From: Polynucleobacter sp.
Lineage (GTDB): Bacteria > Pseudomonadota > Gammaproteobacteria > Burkholderiales > Burkholderiaceae
Assembly (NCBI GenBank): GCA_037129175.1
Contig: JBAXVK010000003.1
Coordinates: 40,154 to 104,153 of the forward strand
Length of the DNA stretch: 64,000 nt
Direction: 5' to 3'
Part shown: positions 40,196 through 52,744 of the stretch, in pieces
Layout: every line of letters begins with the position of its first letter
Position numbering within the stretch: the first letter of the stretch is position 1
The notes under the pieces: generated by a model
Told to the model about the DNA's origin: nothing
Seen by the model: the letters and a program-made list of their open reading frames with translations, nothing else
Database searches by the model: none
Made by a program: the position numbers and the translations under genes

Positions 40196-41624
40196 TCTTT
40201 GCCTCCGCTAAGGTATGTGACAGCGCAGAGATTGATCCTGCACCCATCGTAATCAAGACATCGCCATCTTTTAATACCTGTGATAACTTTTCGGGCATCT
40301 CGGTAATATTTGCTGCAAACGCTACCGCAGCAGAATTTAAAAGACCTTTTGAGACCTTCTCTTCTGCAAGCGCTGCCTTCATCAAACTCTTACCATCTGC
40401 ACCTGGAATTTTTGCCTCACCAGCGGGATATACCTCAGTCAAAACCAAGGCATCAAAGCTTCTGAGGACTTGAACAAACTCCCCAAAACAATCGCGTGTT
40501 CTTGTAAAGCGATGAGGCTGAAATGCCAACACCAAACGGCGCCCTGGGAAGGCTCCGCGAGCAGCCTCTAATGTTGCTGCCATCTCCACTGGGTGGTGTC
40601 CATAATCGTCAATCAATGTGAAACTGCCACCAGAGGCCAGAGGGATGTCGCCATAACGCTGGAAGCGACGGCCAACACCACTAAATTCAGCAAGCGCCTT
40701 GGTAATTGCTTCATCTCCAACACCCAACTCTGTGGCAATACCAATGGCAGCCAGAGCATTTTGCACATTGTGTAAACCAGGTAAATTGAGTGTCACATTG
40801 AGTGGGCCGGGCTTATTACCATGCCTACGAACTGTGCGGCGCTCTACCGTAAAGTGCATACGAGTTCCATCAGCGCGCACATTACTAGCTTTAATATCTG
40901 CATCATCGGATAAGCCGTAACGCAATACAGGTTGTGATACAAACGGAATAATGTCGCGCACATTGGCATCATCAATACATAAAACTGCTACGCCATAAAA
41001 TGGCATCCGCTGAATAAATTGCACGAATGCTTGCTTCAATCTCGCCATATCATGCTGATAGGTATCCATATGATCAGCATCAATATTGGTAACCACCTCC
41101 ATCGCAGGAAAGAGCTGCAAGAAGGAGGCGTCAGATTCATCAGCTTCAACCACAATGAAATCACCACGACCTAAGCGGGCATTGGCGCCAGCGGAATTCA
41201 ATTTGCCGCCAATCACAAAGGTTGGATCTAGGCCACCCTCAGCCAGCACCGATGCAACCAAACTAGTTGTGGTGGTTTTACCGTGAGTTCCAGCAATAGC
41301 GATACCCTGTTTTAAGCGCATCAATTCGCCCAACATCACCGCCCTCTGAATAACTGGAATTTTTGCTGCTCGCGCTGCAAGTACCTCAGGATTATTTCCC
41401 GCTACTGCAGTAGAAATGACAACTGCTTCAGCGGTACCAATATTTTTAGGATCATGTCCAATATGAATTACTGCGCCCAATTCCTTTAGACGCTTCGTTG
41501 CCACACCTTCAGCTAAATCAGATCCAGTGACTTGATATCCTAAATTCAATAAGACTTCAGCAATGCCGCTCATGCCGGCCCCACCAATCCCGATGAAATG
41601 GATTTGCTGAACGATATGCTTCAT
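40188..41624 (-). CDS. murC: UDP-N-acetylmuramate--L-alanine ligase
   Basis: [24 protein letters not shown] and DDYGHHP. Start set at 41624. Confidence 0.97.
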   Translation of the reverse strand: MKHIVQQIHFIGIGGAGMSGIAEVLLNLGYQVTGSDLAEGVATKRLKELGAVIHIGHDPKNIGTAEAVVISTAVAGNNPEVLAARAAKIPVIQRAVMLGELMRLKQGIAIAGTHGKTTTTSLVASVLAEGGLDPTFVIGGKLNSAGANARLGRGDFIVVEADESDASFLQLFPAMEVVTNIDADHMDTYQHDMARLKQAFVQFIQRMPFYGVAVLCIDDANVRDIIPFVSQPVLRYGLSDDADIKASNVRADGTRMHFTVERRTVRRHGNKPGPLNVTLNLPGLHNVQNALAAIGIATELGVGDEAITKALAEFSGVGRRFQRYGDIPLASGGSFTLIDDYGHHPVEMAATLEAARGAFPGRRLVLAFQPHRFTRTRDCFGEFVQVLRSFDALVLTEVYPAGEAKIPGADGKSLMKAALAEEKVSKGLLNSAAVAFAANITEMPEKLSQVLKDGDVLITMGAGSISALSHTLAEAKIV

Positions 41625-42694
41625 ACGCCTACCCCCGCACAATCAGCGCAAACCTCAGCCACTCGTAAGGTTGCATGTGGCTTAGCTAAAGCATGCGCAC
41701 GTATAGCCATTTCTTTGAGATCCGCGCGATTAAAGTTTTGGATCATCAATGCTAAATCTTGTGGATTAAGATAATTCTGCGGCAATAAAATAGCAGCATT
41801 GGCATCGGCTAAAAATTTTGCATTAGCAGTTTGATGATCATCAATTGCAAATGGGAAAGGAATTAAGCAAGAAGCAACACCACAAGCTGCTAGCTCTGAT
41901 ACCGTCATTGCGCCAGCACGGCAAATCACAAGATCTGCTTGTGCATATGCAGATGGCATATTGTCAATAAAGGGAAGAACCTCGGCCTTGACTCCTAAAT
42001 CAGCATAGCGCTTTTGCAGGTCAGCTAAATGCTTATCACCTGCTTGATGAATTACCTTAGGGCGAGCATCTTCAGAAATTAATGCCAATGCTGCAGGAAT
42101 ATTTTCATTTAGCGCAGCTGCGCCCAAACTACCACCCACCACCAATATCGATAGAGGACCTTGCCGCTGTTCGTAGCGTAATGCAGGTGCTGAAATATGA
42201 TCAAATTCTTCGCGAATGGGATTACCTACCCACTCGGCATCCGCCATCGTATTTGGAAAGCCAGTCAATGTTCGCATGGCAATTTTGGCTAGCGCACGAT
42301 TTGCACTACCTGCTACAGAGTTAGACTCATGCAGCACTAGGGGGCGCTTTAATAGTTTACTTACTAAGCCCCCAGGGAAAGTAATATAACCACCCATACC
42401 CAAAACTACAGATGGTTTTATACGACGCATAATCTTCCAACTTTGAAAGCAAGCGCGCATTAAATTCATTGGCAGCATCAATTTAGCTCTGAGCCCTTTG
42501 CCACGCAAACCACCAAACTCAACAGCTTCAAATGGAAAATTGCAAGACTTCACGAGGCGGTATTCCATACCGTTTTGATTGCCTAACCATGACACATTCC
42601 AACCGCAGATCCGCAAATATTCAGCGACAGCAAGGCCCGGGAAGATATGCCCACCCGTACCACCAGCCATTACTAAAATTGAGGGTTTTGTCAC
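41621..42694 (-). CDS. murG: Lipid II GlcNAc transferase
   Basis: [25 protein letters not shown] and DDHQTANA. Confidence 0.97.
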   Translation of the reverse strand: MTKPSILVMAGGTGGHIFPGLAVAEYLRICGWNVSWLGNQNGMEYRLVKSCNFPFEAVEFGGLRGKGLRAKLMLPMNLMRACFQSWKIMRRIKPSVVLGMGGYITFPGGLVSKLLKRPLVLHESNSVAGSANRALAKIAMRTLTGFPNTMADAEWVGNPIREEFDHISAPALRYEQRQGPLSILVVGGSLGAAALNENIPAALALISEDARPKVIHQAGDKHLADLQKRYADLGVKAEVLPFIDNMPSAYAQADLVICRAGAMTVSELAACGVASCLIPFPFAIDDHQTANAKFLADANAAILLPQNYLNPQDLALMIQNFNRADLKEMAIRAHALAKPHATLRVAEVCADCAGVGV

Positions 42695-43962
42695 AGCTTC
42701 CCTCCACGCATCAAAATACGATTCTCATAATCAATTCGTAGCAGCATGGCAATCGCAATAGTATTCATCAAAATTGCGGATCCACCGTAACTCACTAATG
42801 GCAATGTCAAACCCTTGGTTGGTAATAATCCTAAGTTCACACCCATATTGATAAAGGCCTGCCAACCAATCCAGATAGCAACACCCTTAGCCGCAAGACC
42901 CGCAAAACTCCGATCCAATTGCAAAGCAGTTCGCCCAATTAAGAAGGCGCGTCGTACGATCCAATAGAATAAGAAGATCAAGACAACCACGCCAACGAAG
43001 CCAAGCTCCTCACCAATCACCGCCATGATGAAGTCGGTATGCGCTTCAGGTAGGTAATGTAATTTTTCGACACTGCCGCCCAGTCCAGTACCAAACCACT
43101 CCCCGCGACCAAAGGCCATTAAGGAATGGGTGAGTTGATACCCTTTATTTGCAGCGTTATCTGCCTGCCATGGATCAACAAAAGCCATGATTCGTTTTTG
43201 TCTGAAGGGGGAGAATGCAATAATCGTGACAGCACTTGCAATTCCAACTGCAATCAAGCCGCCAAATAATTTGGCATTAATACCGCCCAAGAACAAGATC
43301 CCAAATGCAATTAAGGAGACCACTACGAATGCACCTAGATCAGGTTCTGCCATCAATAGACCACCAACCACTGCCACTGCAATGCCCATTGGCAACATGC
43401 CCTTAACAAATGAGTGCAAGTACTCTTGACGTTGCACGGTATAACTTGCAGCAAAAATAATGGCTGCAAATTTCATTAACTCAGATGGCTGGAAATTCAT
43501 TAAGCCTAGTGGAATCCAACGTTTAGCTCCGTTAACACCCTTACCAATGCCAGGAATGAGAACTGCAATTAGTAACAGCACGGTCAAACCAAAAAGCAGG
43601 GGAGAATAACGATCCCACATCTTAGTTGGAATATTAAAAACTGAAATACCTACGCCAACAGCAATAGCTAATGAGATTAAATGGCGAATCAAAAAGTAGT
43701 TACTACTGTAGTTTGCATACTTAGGACCATCAGCTAAAGTAATCGATGCTGAATACACCATTACCAAACCAATCAACATGAGAGAGAGCACTGCCCATAC
43801 GAGGAGTTGGTCGTATTCCATCATGCGTGAGCGGGTTTGTTCAACTCCTGATACCGCATCTCTTAGGCCAGTACGGAAGTTATCAATCTCACCTCGAGAA
43901 AAATTCCAGAAGCGATCTAAACCTAAACGATTGTGAGGAAAAAATTTATCTTTTAGATTCAC
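42691..43962 (-). CDS. ftsW: SEDS peptidoglycan polymerase FtsW
   Basis: GAKRW, FQPSE, PEAHTDF and LPTKGLTLP..SYGGS. Confidence 0.96.
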   Translation of the reverse strand: MNLKDKFFPHNRLGLDRFWNFSRGEIDNFRTGLRDAVSGVEQTRSRMMEYDQLLVWAVLSLMLIGLVMVYSASITLADGPKYANYSSNYFLIRHLISLAIAVGVGISVFNIPTKMWDRYSPLLFGLTVLLLIAVLIPGIGKGVNGAKRWIPLGLMNFQPSELMKFAAIIFAASYTVQRQEYLHSFVKGMLPMGIAVAVVGGLLMAEPDLGAFVVVSLIAFGILFLGGINAKLFGGLIAVGIASAVTIIAFSPFRQKRIMAFVDPWQADNAANKGYQLTHSLMAFGRGEWFGTGLGGSVEKLHYLPEAHTDFIMAVIGEELGFVGVVVLIFLFYWIVRRAFLIGRTALQLDRSFAGLAAKGVAIWIGWQAFINMGVNLGLLPTKGLTLPLVSYGGSAILMNTIAIAMLLRIDYENRILMRGGKL

Positions 43963-45581
43963 GCTTGAGCTCCTTCAAAACGCATCCCTAATTCTTCAAC
44001 CTCGTCAACAAATGCCTGGGCGCGGGCAACATAATCTTTAAACTGGTCAAAACTCGCACAAGCAGGAGAAAGTAAAACCAAATCACCAGACTGCGCTTGT
44101 TCTCCTGCCGTCCTGACGGCAGCTTCTAAGCTGCCACTCATCGTGCAAGGAACGTCGTGGCCAAGGGCCTCACCAATTGCAGCGCCATCTTTGCCAATCA
44201 AGAAAACACCTTTAACAAAGCGCAGCGCAGGTTCACGCAATGGGCTAAAGTCTTGTCCCTTGCCATCACCGCCCGCAATTAGCCAAATCCTCTTACCGGA
44301 TTCATTACCACCTAAGCCGTTTAGGGCGGCTACAGTTGCACCGACGTTAGTTCCCTTACTGTCATCGATATATTCCACATCATTGACGATCGCAACACTC
44401 TGCATACGATGAGGCTCTCCGTGATAATCACGTAAACCATGCAAGAGAACATTCATCGGCAAGTTAGCAGATCTCGCCAATGCCAGCGCAGCTAGTGCAT
44501 TCAATGCATTGTGGCGACCACGAATTCTGAGTGCGTCAGCCGGAATTAAACGCTTCAAACGTAGCGACTCATCTTCTTTCATTGCATTAGATTTACGACG
44601 ACGTTTGGACTTTGGCTCAAAATCTTCATTTACCTCTGCCCATACTAGCCAGTCGATTCCGCCGGCTCGCAAGTCATGCTCGATACCAAAAGCACCTTGC
44701 TCATCAGGTCTATTAGAGCCAAAAGTCACAATCGACTTATCTACCTTTTGATCATCAGAAAGTAAATTCATCACAATTGAGTCATCGCGATTCAAGATGC
44801 AAATGGTGTCTGCACCAAATATTTTTGCTTTTGCATCTGCATATGCGTGCATATCACCATGCCAATCCAAATGATCTTGTGTGATATTGAGAACAGTAGC
44901 TGCAGTTGCATTAAGGGTGTGCGTATACAGCAATTGGAAGCTAGACAATTCCAACACCCAGATATCAGGCATATCTTCAATTTGGTCGGCCTCATTTAGG
45001 CAAGTTATCAGCTTGTCTAATGCTGCAGGACTAATATTTCCAGCTACTGCAACCTTCTTGCCAGCCCGCTCACAGAGCTGCCCAGTTAAGGCAGTGGTAG
45101 TTGTTTTCCCATTAGTACCAGTAATTGCTAACACTGCTGCTGAATAAGAAGAATTATTTGCTTCTGCCATGCGAGCTAAGGCTGAAATTGAACGCGCAAA
45201 AAATTCAATCTCGCTCCAAACATCAATCTTGGCTTTTCTAGCCTTTACTAAGAATGATTGAGTAAGCTCCTGAAGTGGCGATAAACCAGGGCTGATCCCA
45301 ATAACATCAATATTAATTAATAGATCATCACTCAATGGCCCAAACTGAATATCGCTCAGTCCGGCTATTTTTAATTCATCAAGCCAGGCATTCTGGCGTT
45401 CGGAAAATTGAGACTGAACACGTGTATCGATTAAACGAATAGTGGCTCCATTACGCAGACACCACTTAGCCATAGCAAACCCTGATTCACCTAGGCCCAT
45501 AATCAAAAATCGGTGGGGAGCCTGATAGCCTGCATCAGCTATAAAAGCAGGATTAGCGAAAGTGTTTTGTAAGTTCAGCAT
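43959..45581 (-). CDS. murD: UDP-MurNAc-L-Ala--D-glutamate ligase
   Basis: GLGESG, TGTNGKTTT, ELSSFQL, DDSKGTN, GGDGKGQDF and SPACASFDQF. Confidence 0.96.
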   Translation of the reverse strand: MLNLQNTFANPAFIADAGYQAPHRFLIMGLGESGFAMAKWCLRNGATIRLIDTRVQSQFSERQNAWLDELKIAGLSDIQFGPLSDDLLINIDVIGISPGLSPLQELTQSFLVKARKAKIDVWSEIEFFARSISALARMAEANNSSYSAAVLAITGTNGKTTTTALTGQLCERAGKKVAVAGNISPAALDKLITCLNEADQIEDMPDIWVLELSSFQLLYTHTLNATAATVLNITQDHLDWHGDMHAYADAKAKIFGADTICILNRDDSIVMNLLSDDQKVDKSIVTFGSNRPDEQGAFGIEHDLRAGGIDWLVWAEVNEDFEPKSKRRRKSNAMKEDESLRLKRLIPADALRIRGRHNALNALAALALARSANLPMNVLLHGLRDYHGEPHRMQSVAIVNDVEYIDDSKGTNVGATVAALNGLGGNESGKRIWLIAGGDGKGQDFSPLREPALRFVKGVFLIGKDGAAIGEALGHDVPCTMSGSLEAAVRTAGEQAQSGDLVLLSPACASFDQFKDYVARAQAFVDEVEELGMRFEGAQA

Positions 45582-45594
45582 ATAACTTTTAGGC

Positions 45595-46764
45595 TCACCG
45601 TAATTTCAGGCTAGATAAGCCGATTAATACCAATAAGATGGTGATGATCCAGAAACGTACAACTACTTGCGTTTCTTTCCAGCCACCTAATTCAAAATGA
45701 TGATGTAGTGGAGCCATACGGAAAATACGGCGGCCTTCACCAGAATATTTCTTAGTTAATTTGAACCACAATACTTGCAGCATTACAGAAACAGTTTCTG
45801 CAACAAATATTCCACCCATCACAAAGAGCACAATCTCTTGGCGAACAATTACTGCGATAGTTCCAAGTGCACCGCCTAGAGCAAGCGCTCCAACGTCACC
45901 CATAAAGACTTGTGCAGGATGCGCGTTGTACCAAAGGAAGGCTAAACCTGCTCCACCCATAGCGCCACAAAAGATCAATAACTCACCGGCACCAGGGATA
46001 TAAGGAAATATTAAATATTTGGCATAAATTGCATTTCCCATCACATAAGCAAATGCACCCAATGCAGCCCCCACCAAAATAACAGGCATGATCACCAGGC
46101 CATCGAGACCATCGGTCAGATTCACGGCATTACTGCTACCAACGATCACTAAGTAACTCAAGATGATGAATCCCAGCATACCCAGTGGATAACTAACCTC
46201 TTTAATGAAAGGCAATAGTAGGTTTGTTTTTGCTGGAAGATCCAAAGCAAAACCACTCCTAAGCCATTCATAGAAAAGTTGGAGTACTTTGAGGTTATTC
46301 ACCTCTGAGACTGAGAATGCTAAGTAAATTGCTGCGAATAAACCAATGCAAGTTTGCCAAAGAAATTTTTCTCTGGATGCCATTCCTTTAGGGTCTTTAT
46401 TTACAACCTTGCGATAGTCATCCACCCAGCCAATTGCCCCAAATCCAAAAGTGACAATCATCACAATCCAGATAAAGCGATTACTTAAGTCTGCCCACAA
46501 TACGCAAGAAACAAAAATGCCAATCAAGATCAACACTCCACCCATTGTTGGAGTACCGGATTTAACTAAATGGGTTTGCGGTCCATCAGGGCGGACAGCT
46601 TGGCCCATTTTCAAGGCAGTCAATTTACGAATTACCCATGGCCCTGCAGCCAAACCAATCAATAAGGCCGTGACTGTTGCCATCACTGCTCTAAAAGTGA
46701 TGTAGTTAAAGACTCGGAAGAATCCAAAATCATCCTGTAGCCATTGCGCCAAGATTAAGAGCAT
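45595..46764 (-). CDS. mraY: Phospho-MurNAc-pentapeptide transferase
   Basis: [30 protein letters not shown] and MAPLHHHFE. Confidence 0.97.
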   Translation of the reverse strand: MLLILAQWLQDDFGFFRVFNYITFRAVMATVTALLIGLAAGPWVIRKLTALKMGQAVRPDGPQTHLVKSGTPTMGGVLILIGIFVSCVLWADLSNRFIWIVMIVTFGFGAIGWVDDYRKVVNKDPKGMASREKFLWQTCIGLFAAIYLAFSVSEVNNLKVLQLFYEWLRSGFALDLPAKTNLLLPFIKEVSYPLGMLGFIILSYLVIVGSSNAVNLTDGLDGLVIMPVILVGAALGAFAYVMGNAIYAKYLIFPYIPGAGELLIFCGAMGGAGLAFLWYNAHPAQVFMGDVGALALGGALGTIAVIVRQEIVLFVMGGIFVAETVSVMLQVLWFKLTKKYSGEGRRIFRMAPLHHHFELGGWKETQVVVRFWIITILLVLIGLSSLKLR

Positions 46765-48203
46765 GTTTTAGCCTCCTCTAACAAGGCCTGTACCACACGC
46801 TCCATGCGCATAAAACGTGAACCTTTAACCAAAATATTTAAATGCTCATTACTACCAGTTGACTGCGCATGTAATGCATCCCTCAACTGCGTAATCAGAC
46901 TATCCATCTCAGAAAAATGTTTTGCATTAGCGGTAGTTGCTCTATTCTTCTGCACATCATTAAAACCTTTAATAGCGAATTGGCATTGTTCACCTAAAGC
47001 AAATAATTTGGTGACTCCCTGCTCGGCAGCATAAGCACCAACCTCGCGATGAAACTCAGGCCCTTGGTTACCAACTTCACCCATATCACCTAAAACTAGC
47101 CAAGAGATATTGCCTGACTGCTTTAGTGCATCAATTGCTGCTCTGACTGAATCTGGATTGGCGTTATAGCTGTCATCAATTAAGGTGTGATTGGGATCAA
47201 TCTTCTTGGCCTGCATACGTCCATTAACAGGTGAGAATGATTCAAGACCTTGCTTGATTTTCTCAAGACTGATGCCAGCAGCTACTGCAACAGCACTGGC
47301 AGCTAATGCATTACGCGCATTGTGACTTCCTAAAGTATTTAATTGAACTTCTATAGAGCCTGTCTCTATTTGCACTTGTACGTGGCCATTACTTAACAGG
47401 CGCCCCATTACTGCAGCCTGTAATGTAGTCTGGCCGGATAGCAGAACAAAATCAATTACCTTACGTCCAGCAGCAGCCTCATGCCAGACGCCTGCAAACT
47501 CAGAGTCTGCTGGGAAGACAGCAATACCATTATTTGGTAAAGCAGAAATTGCATTGGAGTGCTCTTGTGCTACTGCGGCTACAGTAGCCATGAACTCTTG
47601 GTGCTCACGCTGTGCATTATTAATTAATGCAATATTCGCCTGCGCAATATTTGCTAACTGAGTAGTTTCACCCGGGTGATTCATGCCTAACTCAACTACG
47701 GCAAGCCGATCTGTCGAACGAAGTTTTAATAAGGTGAGGGGTAGACCAATATCATTATTTAGATTACCTTTAGTGACAAGCGTGTGCTGCTCACCTACCG
47801 CAGCCTTGAATATCGAAGCAATCATTTCTTTAACGGTCGTCTTACCGTTGCTACCAGTCACTAAAGCCAATGGAATAGAATGATTTGCGCGCCAAGCTTT
47901 TGCTAATAGTCCCAGGCTGATGCGAGTATCAGTAACAAAAACAGCGGGCAGATTTGTAGGGCATCTATCTTTGTTACTAATGAGCACTGCCGCTGCTCCT
48001 GCTTTAGCAACATCAGATAAAAAGTCATGTGCATCGAAGCGCTCACCCGCCAAAGCTATAAATAATTCTTTAGGGGTAATCTGACGGCTATCAGTTCCAA
48101 CCATTGAAATATTTAATGCCTGAGCATCTTGTGCAGAAATATTCAGGAGCGTACTTCCTGGTAGCATGGCGTGCACTTGAGCAAGCGTTGTCATTGCGGA
48201 CAT
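46755..48203 (-). CDS. murF: UDP-MurNAc-tripeptide--D-Ala-D-Ala ligase
   Basis: [37 protein letters not shown] and KGSRFMRME. Confidence 0.96.
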   Translation of the reverse strand: MSAMTTLAQVHAMLPGSTLLNISAQDAQALNISMVGTDSRQITPKELFIALAGERFDAHDFLSDVAKAGAAAVLISNKDRCPTNLPAVFVTDTRISLGLLAKAWRANHSIPLALVTGSNGKTTVKEMIASIFKAAVGEQHTLVTKGNLNNDIGLPLTLLKLRSTDRLAVVELGMNHPGETTQLANIAQANIALINNAQREHQEFMATVAAVAQEHSNAISALPNNGIAVFPADSEFAGVWHEAAAGRKVIDFVLLSGQTTLQAAVMGRLLSNGHVQVQIETGSIEVQLNTLGSHNARNALAASAVAVAAGISLEKIKQGLESFSPVNGRMQAKKIDPNHTLIDDSYNANPDSVRAAIDALKQSGNISWLVLGDMGEVGNQGPEFHREVGAYAAEQGVTKLFALGEQCQFAIKGFNDVQKNRATTANAKHFSEMDSLITQLRDALHAQSTGSNEHLNILVKGSRFMRMERVVQALLEEAKTCS

Positions 48204-49753
48204 TAAGCTATACCTCCGCTAGCCAAGCGAATATGCTCTTGGTCGGAGAAATCGAATTTCTTACCATTAATTTCTTGGGTGGTTTCGTGACCCTTACCTG
48301 CAACTAAGACGATATCTTTAGGGGCCGCATTACGCACAGCAGCCATGATCGCTGCAGCACGATCAACGATCATCTGCACATTTGAAGATTCCTGGCTAAT
48401 ACCCCACAGAATCATTTCCATAATTGACTTTGGCTCTTCAGATCTAGGGTTATCGCTAGTAATAATGATTTGATCAGCATATTGCTGAGCTACCGCGCCC
48501 ATCTGAGGACGTTTACCAATATCACGATCCCCGCCACAGCCAAATACACACCAAATTTTTCCACCGCGCTGCTGCGCAATGGGGGCTAAGGCTTGTAAAG
48601 CCTTTTGGAGGGCATCAGGTGTGTGAGCGTAATCAACTATTACCAACAAACCTTCTGATTTTTGCTGCTTACCCACTTGAATTAATTCCATGCGGCCAAG
48701 AACAGGACGCAATTGACTTACTCGCTTGCTTGCCTCATGACAAGTTAAGCCTTGGGTTAGCAATACAGTCCACACTGCAAGCGCATTGCTTAAATTGAAT
48801 TCGCCTAATAAAGGAATATGTAAAGCATTGCTACCAATCCCTTGGTAGGTAAACAGGGAATCATACCCAGTGCCATTTAAGGCGCTATCTTTTGCATAAA
48901 TATGGTGTAGCCGATCGCCAAATTTTTCAAAACCCTTGAGAGTATCTTGCTTAATTGTGTATACCCAAACTTTTATGCCGCCTTTAGCTAAAAGTTTCAT
49001 AGCCAACTCACGACCAAAAGCATCGTCCAGATTAATCACTGCATGTTGCAGGCCTGTCAGTTGGAATAGTTTTGCTTTTGCCTCGGCATAGTTAGCCATG
49101 CTGCCGTGATAATCTAAATGATCTTGCGTCAGATTTGTGAATACAGCGCAATTTAATTGGGTGCCAGCTACCCGATTCTGATGTAAGGCATGTGATGATA
49201 CTTCCATCGCCACTTGCTTAGCACCAGCATTCAGTAATTCTTTAAATTGAGTTTGTAGCTTTGGTGCATCCGGAGTGGTATATCCAGTTTGCACCAAAGA
49301 ACTTAGAAAACCTGTACCTAGAGTGCCTAGTATTGCTGTGCGATGATTTGGCTCATCCAAAGCCTGAGCCAACCATTGCGTAATGCTCGTTTTACCGTTA
49401 GTCCCTGTTACACCAATCACCTTCAATTGTTTGCTTGGATGGTCGTACCATTGTGCAGATAATTCACCAACTTTTTCTGCCAGGTTTTCAATCGCAATGC
49501 ATTTTGACTGATCTAGATATTGGGCACCAGGACCTGAAGGGTCGAATATTACTGCTGCTGCACCATTCTCCAATGCAGCATCAATAAATTGGCGACCATC
49601 TCGTAATGCATTGCCATGACCAACAGGATAAGCAAAAAAGATATCACCAGACTGAATCTGGCGACTATCCGCACTGACCTTAGCTGTACTATTTGCCAGG
49701 CTATGCAAGTGTTCAATCAGATGATTGGGTTCTATATTCAATGCTGCCCTCAT
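48203..49753 (-). CDS. murE: UDP-MurNAc-dipeptide--DAP ligase
   Basis: TGTNGKTS, MEVSSH, DHLDYH, DYAHTPDA, DNPR and AGKGHE. Confidence 0.96.
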   Translation of the reverse strand: MRAALNIEPNHLIEHLHSLANSTAKVSADSRQIQSGDIFFAYPVGHGNALRDGRQFIDAALENGAAAVIFDPSGPGAQYLDQSKCIAIENLAEKVGELSAQWYDHPSKQLKVIGVTGTNGKTSITQWLAQALDEPNHRTAILGTLGTGFLSSLVQTGYTTPDAPKLQTQFKELLNAGAKQVAMEVSSHALHQNRVAGTQLNCAVFTNLTQDHLDYHGSMANYAEAKAKLFQLTGLQHAVINLDDAFGRELAMKLLAKGGIKVWVYTIKQDTLKGFEKFGDRLHHIYAKDSALNGTGYDSLFTYQGIGSNALHIPLLGEFNLSNALAVWTVLLTQGLTCHEASKRVSQLRPVLGRMELIQVGKQQKSEGLLVIVDYAHTPDALQKALQALAPIAQQRGGKIWCVFGCGGDRDIGKRPQMGAVAQQYADQIIITSDNPRSEEPKSIMEMILWGISQESSNVQMIVDRAAAIMAAVRNAAPKDIVLVAGKGHETTQEINGKKFDFSDQEHIRLASGGIA

Positions 49754-51522
49754 CTTTTCAGAACCACCTGCTGCGTCTGTACATTTGCAGTACGAATCTC
49801 TTCGGGACTCTTGTCTTGCAAAACCATTTGCTTCACTTTGTTATCAGGCAATACATTGAGAGTATTCAGTGTTTCACTCACAATGGTTGAGAACACTGGT
49901 GCAGCAACCTCACCACCGTAGTGACCACCAACGGTTGGCTCATCAATCATGACTGCAACCACAATCCGTGGAGCACTGATCGGTGCTAAGCCAGCAAAGT
50001 AAGCGCGATACTTATTGCCATACCCTTTACCAACCAATTTATGTGCAGTCCCTGTCTTACCTCCAACTCTAAAGCCTTCAGCCTGAGCCTTAATGGCAGT
50101 ACCACCGGGCTCAGTTACGGTCTCAAGCATGGTGCGCATTTCAATCGCAGTCTTCGCAGAAAGTACTCTCGTGCCTGGTTTGAAATTAGTACTACGCTCA
50201 ATAGTGAGTGGTACTAATTCACCATTGCGTGCGAATACTGTGTAGGCCTGCGCTACCTGAAAGAGCGATGCAGAGATTCCGTAGCCAAATGCAATGCGCG
50301 CTTGATCGGTTGGCATCCACTTTTTAAATGGATGCACTGTTCCAGCAACAGCTCCAGGGAAGCCAATTTTTGGCGCCTGACCAAAACCAACTGCAGTATA
50401 AAAATCCCACATCTCTTCTGGGGACAGGCTGTTCATAGCAATTTTTGCAGTACCAATATTGCTGGATTTCTGAATAATCTCTGCAACTGTTAGATTTCCA
50501 TAAGGGTGCGTGTCAGTAATGGGTTTAGGTCCGATAAGATACTTAGCACCAATCACCATATTGGTCTCTGGCTTTACTGCACCCTTTTCTAAAGCAATTG
50601 CAACCGTTAATGGCTTCATGGTTGAGCCAGGCTCAAATGTATCTGTCAGCACGCGATTGCGAAGCTGCTCACCCGTGAGATATTTACGATCATTTGGGTT
50701 ATAACTTGGGTAATTAGCCAAGGCTAAAATTTCTCCCGTCTGCGTATCTAGAACTACAGCACCGCCAGCTTTAGCGTGGTGCTTCTCTACTGCATCCTTA
50801 ACAGCGTTATAAGCTAGATACTGAATCTTGCTATCAATAGAGAGGTTTAAGTCCTTACCATTTTGTGGCAACTGCAAGATCGCCATTTCCTCAACAACAC
50901 GACCTAAGCGATCAACCACTACACGCCTTTGACCGGGATGGCCAGCAAGCTCTTTCTCTCTAGAAAGCTCCATACCCTCTTGGCCGCGATCCTCAACATT
51001 CGTAAAGCCAACGACGTGTGCCATCGCTTCACCCTCTGGATAGAAGCGGCGATATTCATTATTTAAGCCAATACCCGGAATTTCTAATTGCTTAATTTGT
51101 TGTGCAATTGCTGGCTCAACCTGGCGCTTTAAGAAAATCTGCTTACGATCTTCTTTTAATTTTTTGCGCAACTCTGATTCACTCATCTGTAACAGACTGG
51201 CAAGCTTTTGCACTTTAACTGCAGCCAAATCATCAGGGACTGTATCGTTATAAGCAATCACAGACTTTGCTTCCAAGCTGGTAGCAATGACTTGACCATT
51301 GCGATCTAAAATTTTTCCACGACTTGCAGGTAACTCCAATTCGCGCTGAGTTCCTCGTACTCCTTTGGCTTCATAGAATGCGTTTCCTGGGCCCTGAATC
51401 CAGAAGGCACGCAGCAATAACATCATGAAAACGAAGAACAAAAGGAATAGCATTAAGCGCGAACGCCACATTGGCAGGCGCAATACTAAATTTGGTGAAG
51501 TAGAAAAACCAACTGGCCTCAT
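49750..51522 (-). CDS. ftsI: Penicillin-binding protein 3
   Basis: RGKILDRNG, EPGSTMK (SxxK), SSN (SxN) and KTG. Confidence 0.96.
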   Translation of the reverse strand: MRPVGFSTSPNLVLRLPMWRSRLMLFLLFFVFMMLLLRAFWIQGPGNAFYEAKGVRGTQRELELPASRGKILDRNGQVIATSLEAKSVIAYNDTVPDDLAAVKVQKLASLLQMSESELRKKLKEDRKQIFLKRQVEPAIAQQIKQLEIPGIGLNNEYRRFYPEGEAMAHVVGFTNVEDRGQEGMELSREKELAGHPGQRRVVVDRLGRVVEEMAILQLPQNGKDLNLSIDSKIQYLAYNAVKDAVEKHHAKAGGAVVLDTQTGEILALANYPSYNPNDRKYLTGEQLRNRVLTDTFEPGSTMKPLTVAIALEKGAVKPETNMVIGAKYLIGPKPITDTHPYGNLTVAEIIQKSSNIGTAKIAMNSLSPEEMWDFYTAVGFGQAPKIGFPGAVAGTVHPFKKWMPTDQARIAFGYGISASLFQVAQAYTVFARNGELVPLTIERSTNFKPGTRVLSAKTAIEMRTMLETVTEPGGTAIKAQAEGFRVGGKTGTAHKLVGKGYGNKYRAYFAGLAPISAPRIVVAVMIDEPTVGGHYGGEVAAPVFSTIVSETLNTLNVLPDNKVKQMVLQDKSPEEIRTANVQTQQVVLKR

Positions 51523-51785
51523 TTAGCCTCCTTTAAGTACAAAGTACGTTCAGGAGAAATTGGGGACATGCGTAATTGATTACGGGCAACATCACGAATA
51601 CGCGCAGACTTTGAAAGATTGCGTTGCTCATATTCCAAGCGTAACCAGTCTTGATTTAATTTACGCTCTTCAATTTGGGCGCGCTCTTGAGCAATAAATA
51701 GTTTTCGCGCACGTTGCTGTGCCGCTACTAGCGATAAGGCACAAATCAATAACAAAGCGAGCAAAGTCAAGGTGGCGCGATTCAT
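51519..51785 (-). CDS. ftsL: Cell division protein FtsL
   Basis: TM helix plus coiled coil, between rsmH and ftsI. Confidence 0.9.
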   Translation of the reverse strand: MNRATLTLLALLLICALSLVAAQQRARKLFIAQERAQIEERKLNQDWLRLEYEQRNLSKSARIRDVARNQLRMSPISPERTLYLKEAK

Positions 51786-52732
51786 GCAGATGCATCCATC
51801 CGTTTTTCGGCAATACGCATGATGGCTGAACGGGCACGTGGATTTTCTAGAACCTCAGCATCGCTTGGCTTAACGCGGCCAATAATTTCTAAGGCACTTT
51901 GTGGCAAATCCTTTTCACGCACAGGCAAACCACGAGGCACCTCTACTTTTGCATGCGCCTGTAGAAACTGTTTGACGATACGATCTTCCAGTGAATGAAA
52001 ACTAATCACTACAAGTCTTGCTCCTGGCTTTAATAAGCTCAAAGCTGCTTTCAGGCCAAGTTCTAAATCCTCTAGCTCACGATTAATAAAAATGCGCAAT
52101 GCTTGGAAAGTCCTGGTCGCTGGATCTTGACCAGCTTCACGTGTACGTACCACGCTAGCAACCAAACTCGCTAGTTGTGTGGTTGTTTTTGGGGACAAGC
52201 CTTCTTCTCGCTTTGCCACAATAGCTTTAGCGATCTGAAATGCAAAACGCTCTTCTCCGTAAGTCTTAATCACGTGCGTGATTTCCTCCTGCGGCGCCTG
52301 CTCCAACCACTCTGCAGCCGTTAAACCCTGATCTGTATTCATCCGCATATCGAGTGGACCTTCGCGCCGAAAGGAGAAGCCCCGATGCGCTTCGTCTACC
52401 TGTGGCGAACTGATTCCTAAATCCAACAAAATTCCATCGACCGATTCTGCTTGTGCATGCTGATCCATCTGCGCAAAACTGTCGTGCACAATGGTTAAAC
52501 GTGGATCGTTGATTTGCTGTGCCACCGCAATCGCATCCAAATCCTTGTCGAAAGAAATCATGCGCGCAGATGAGGGTAGCTGTTTGAGTAAAGCTTGCGT
52601 GTGACCCCCGCGCCCAAACGTTCCATCGATTACCAGAATATTTTTCGCTGCGTTTTGTTTTTGAATAAGCGGGCCACTGATTAGCGCCGTCACCGCCTCG
52701 GCCAGCAATACTGGGCGATGAGTTATGTTCAT
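51782..52732 (-). CDS. rsmH: 16S rRNA m4C1402 methyltransferase
   Basis: [46 protein letters not shown] and NPRARSA. Confidence 0.97.
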   Translation of the reverse strand: MNITHRPVLLAEAVTALISGPLIQKQNAAKNILVIDGTFGRGGHTQALLKQLPSSARMISFDKDLDAIAVAQQINDPRLTIVHDSFAQMDQHAQAESVDGILLDLGISSPQVDEAHRGFSFRREGPLDMRMNTDQGLTAAEWLEQAPQEEITHVIKTYGEERFAFQIAKAIVAKREEGLSPKTTTQLASLVASVVRTREAGQDPATRTFQALRIFINRELEDLELGLKAALSLLKPGARLVVISFHSLEDRIVKQFLQAHAKVEVPRGLPVREKDLPQSALEIIGRVKPSDAEVLENPRARSAIMRIAEKRMDASA

Positions 52733-52744
52733 AGCACCCTGTCA

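Noticed and set aside
44500-44700. Basic insertion KSKRRRKS in MurD
   Set aside because: Similar insertions are, from recall, ordinary in Burkholderiales MurD.
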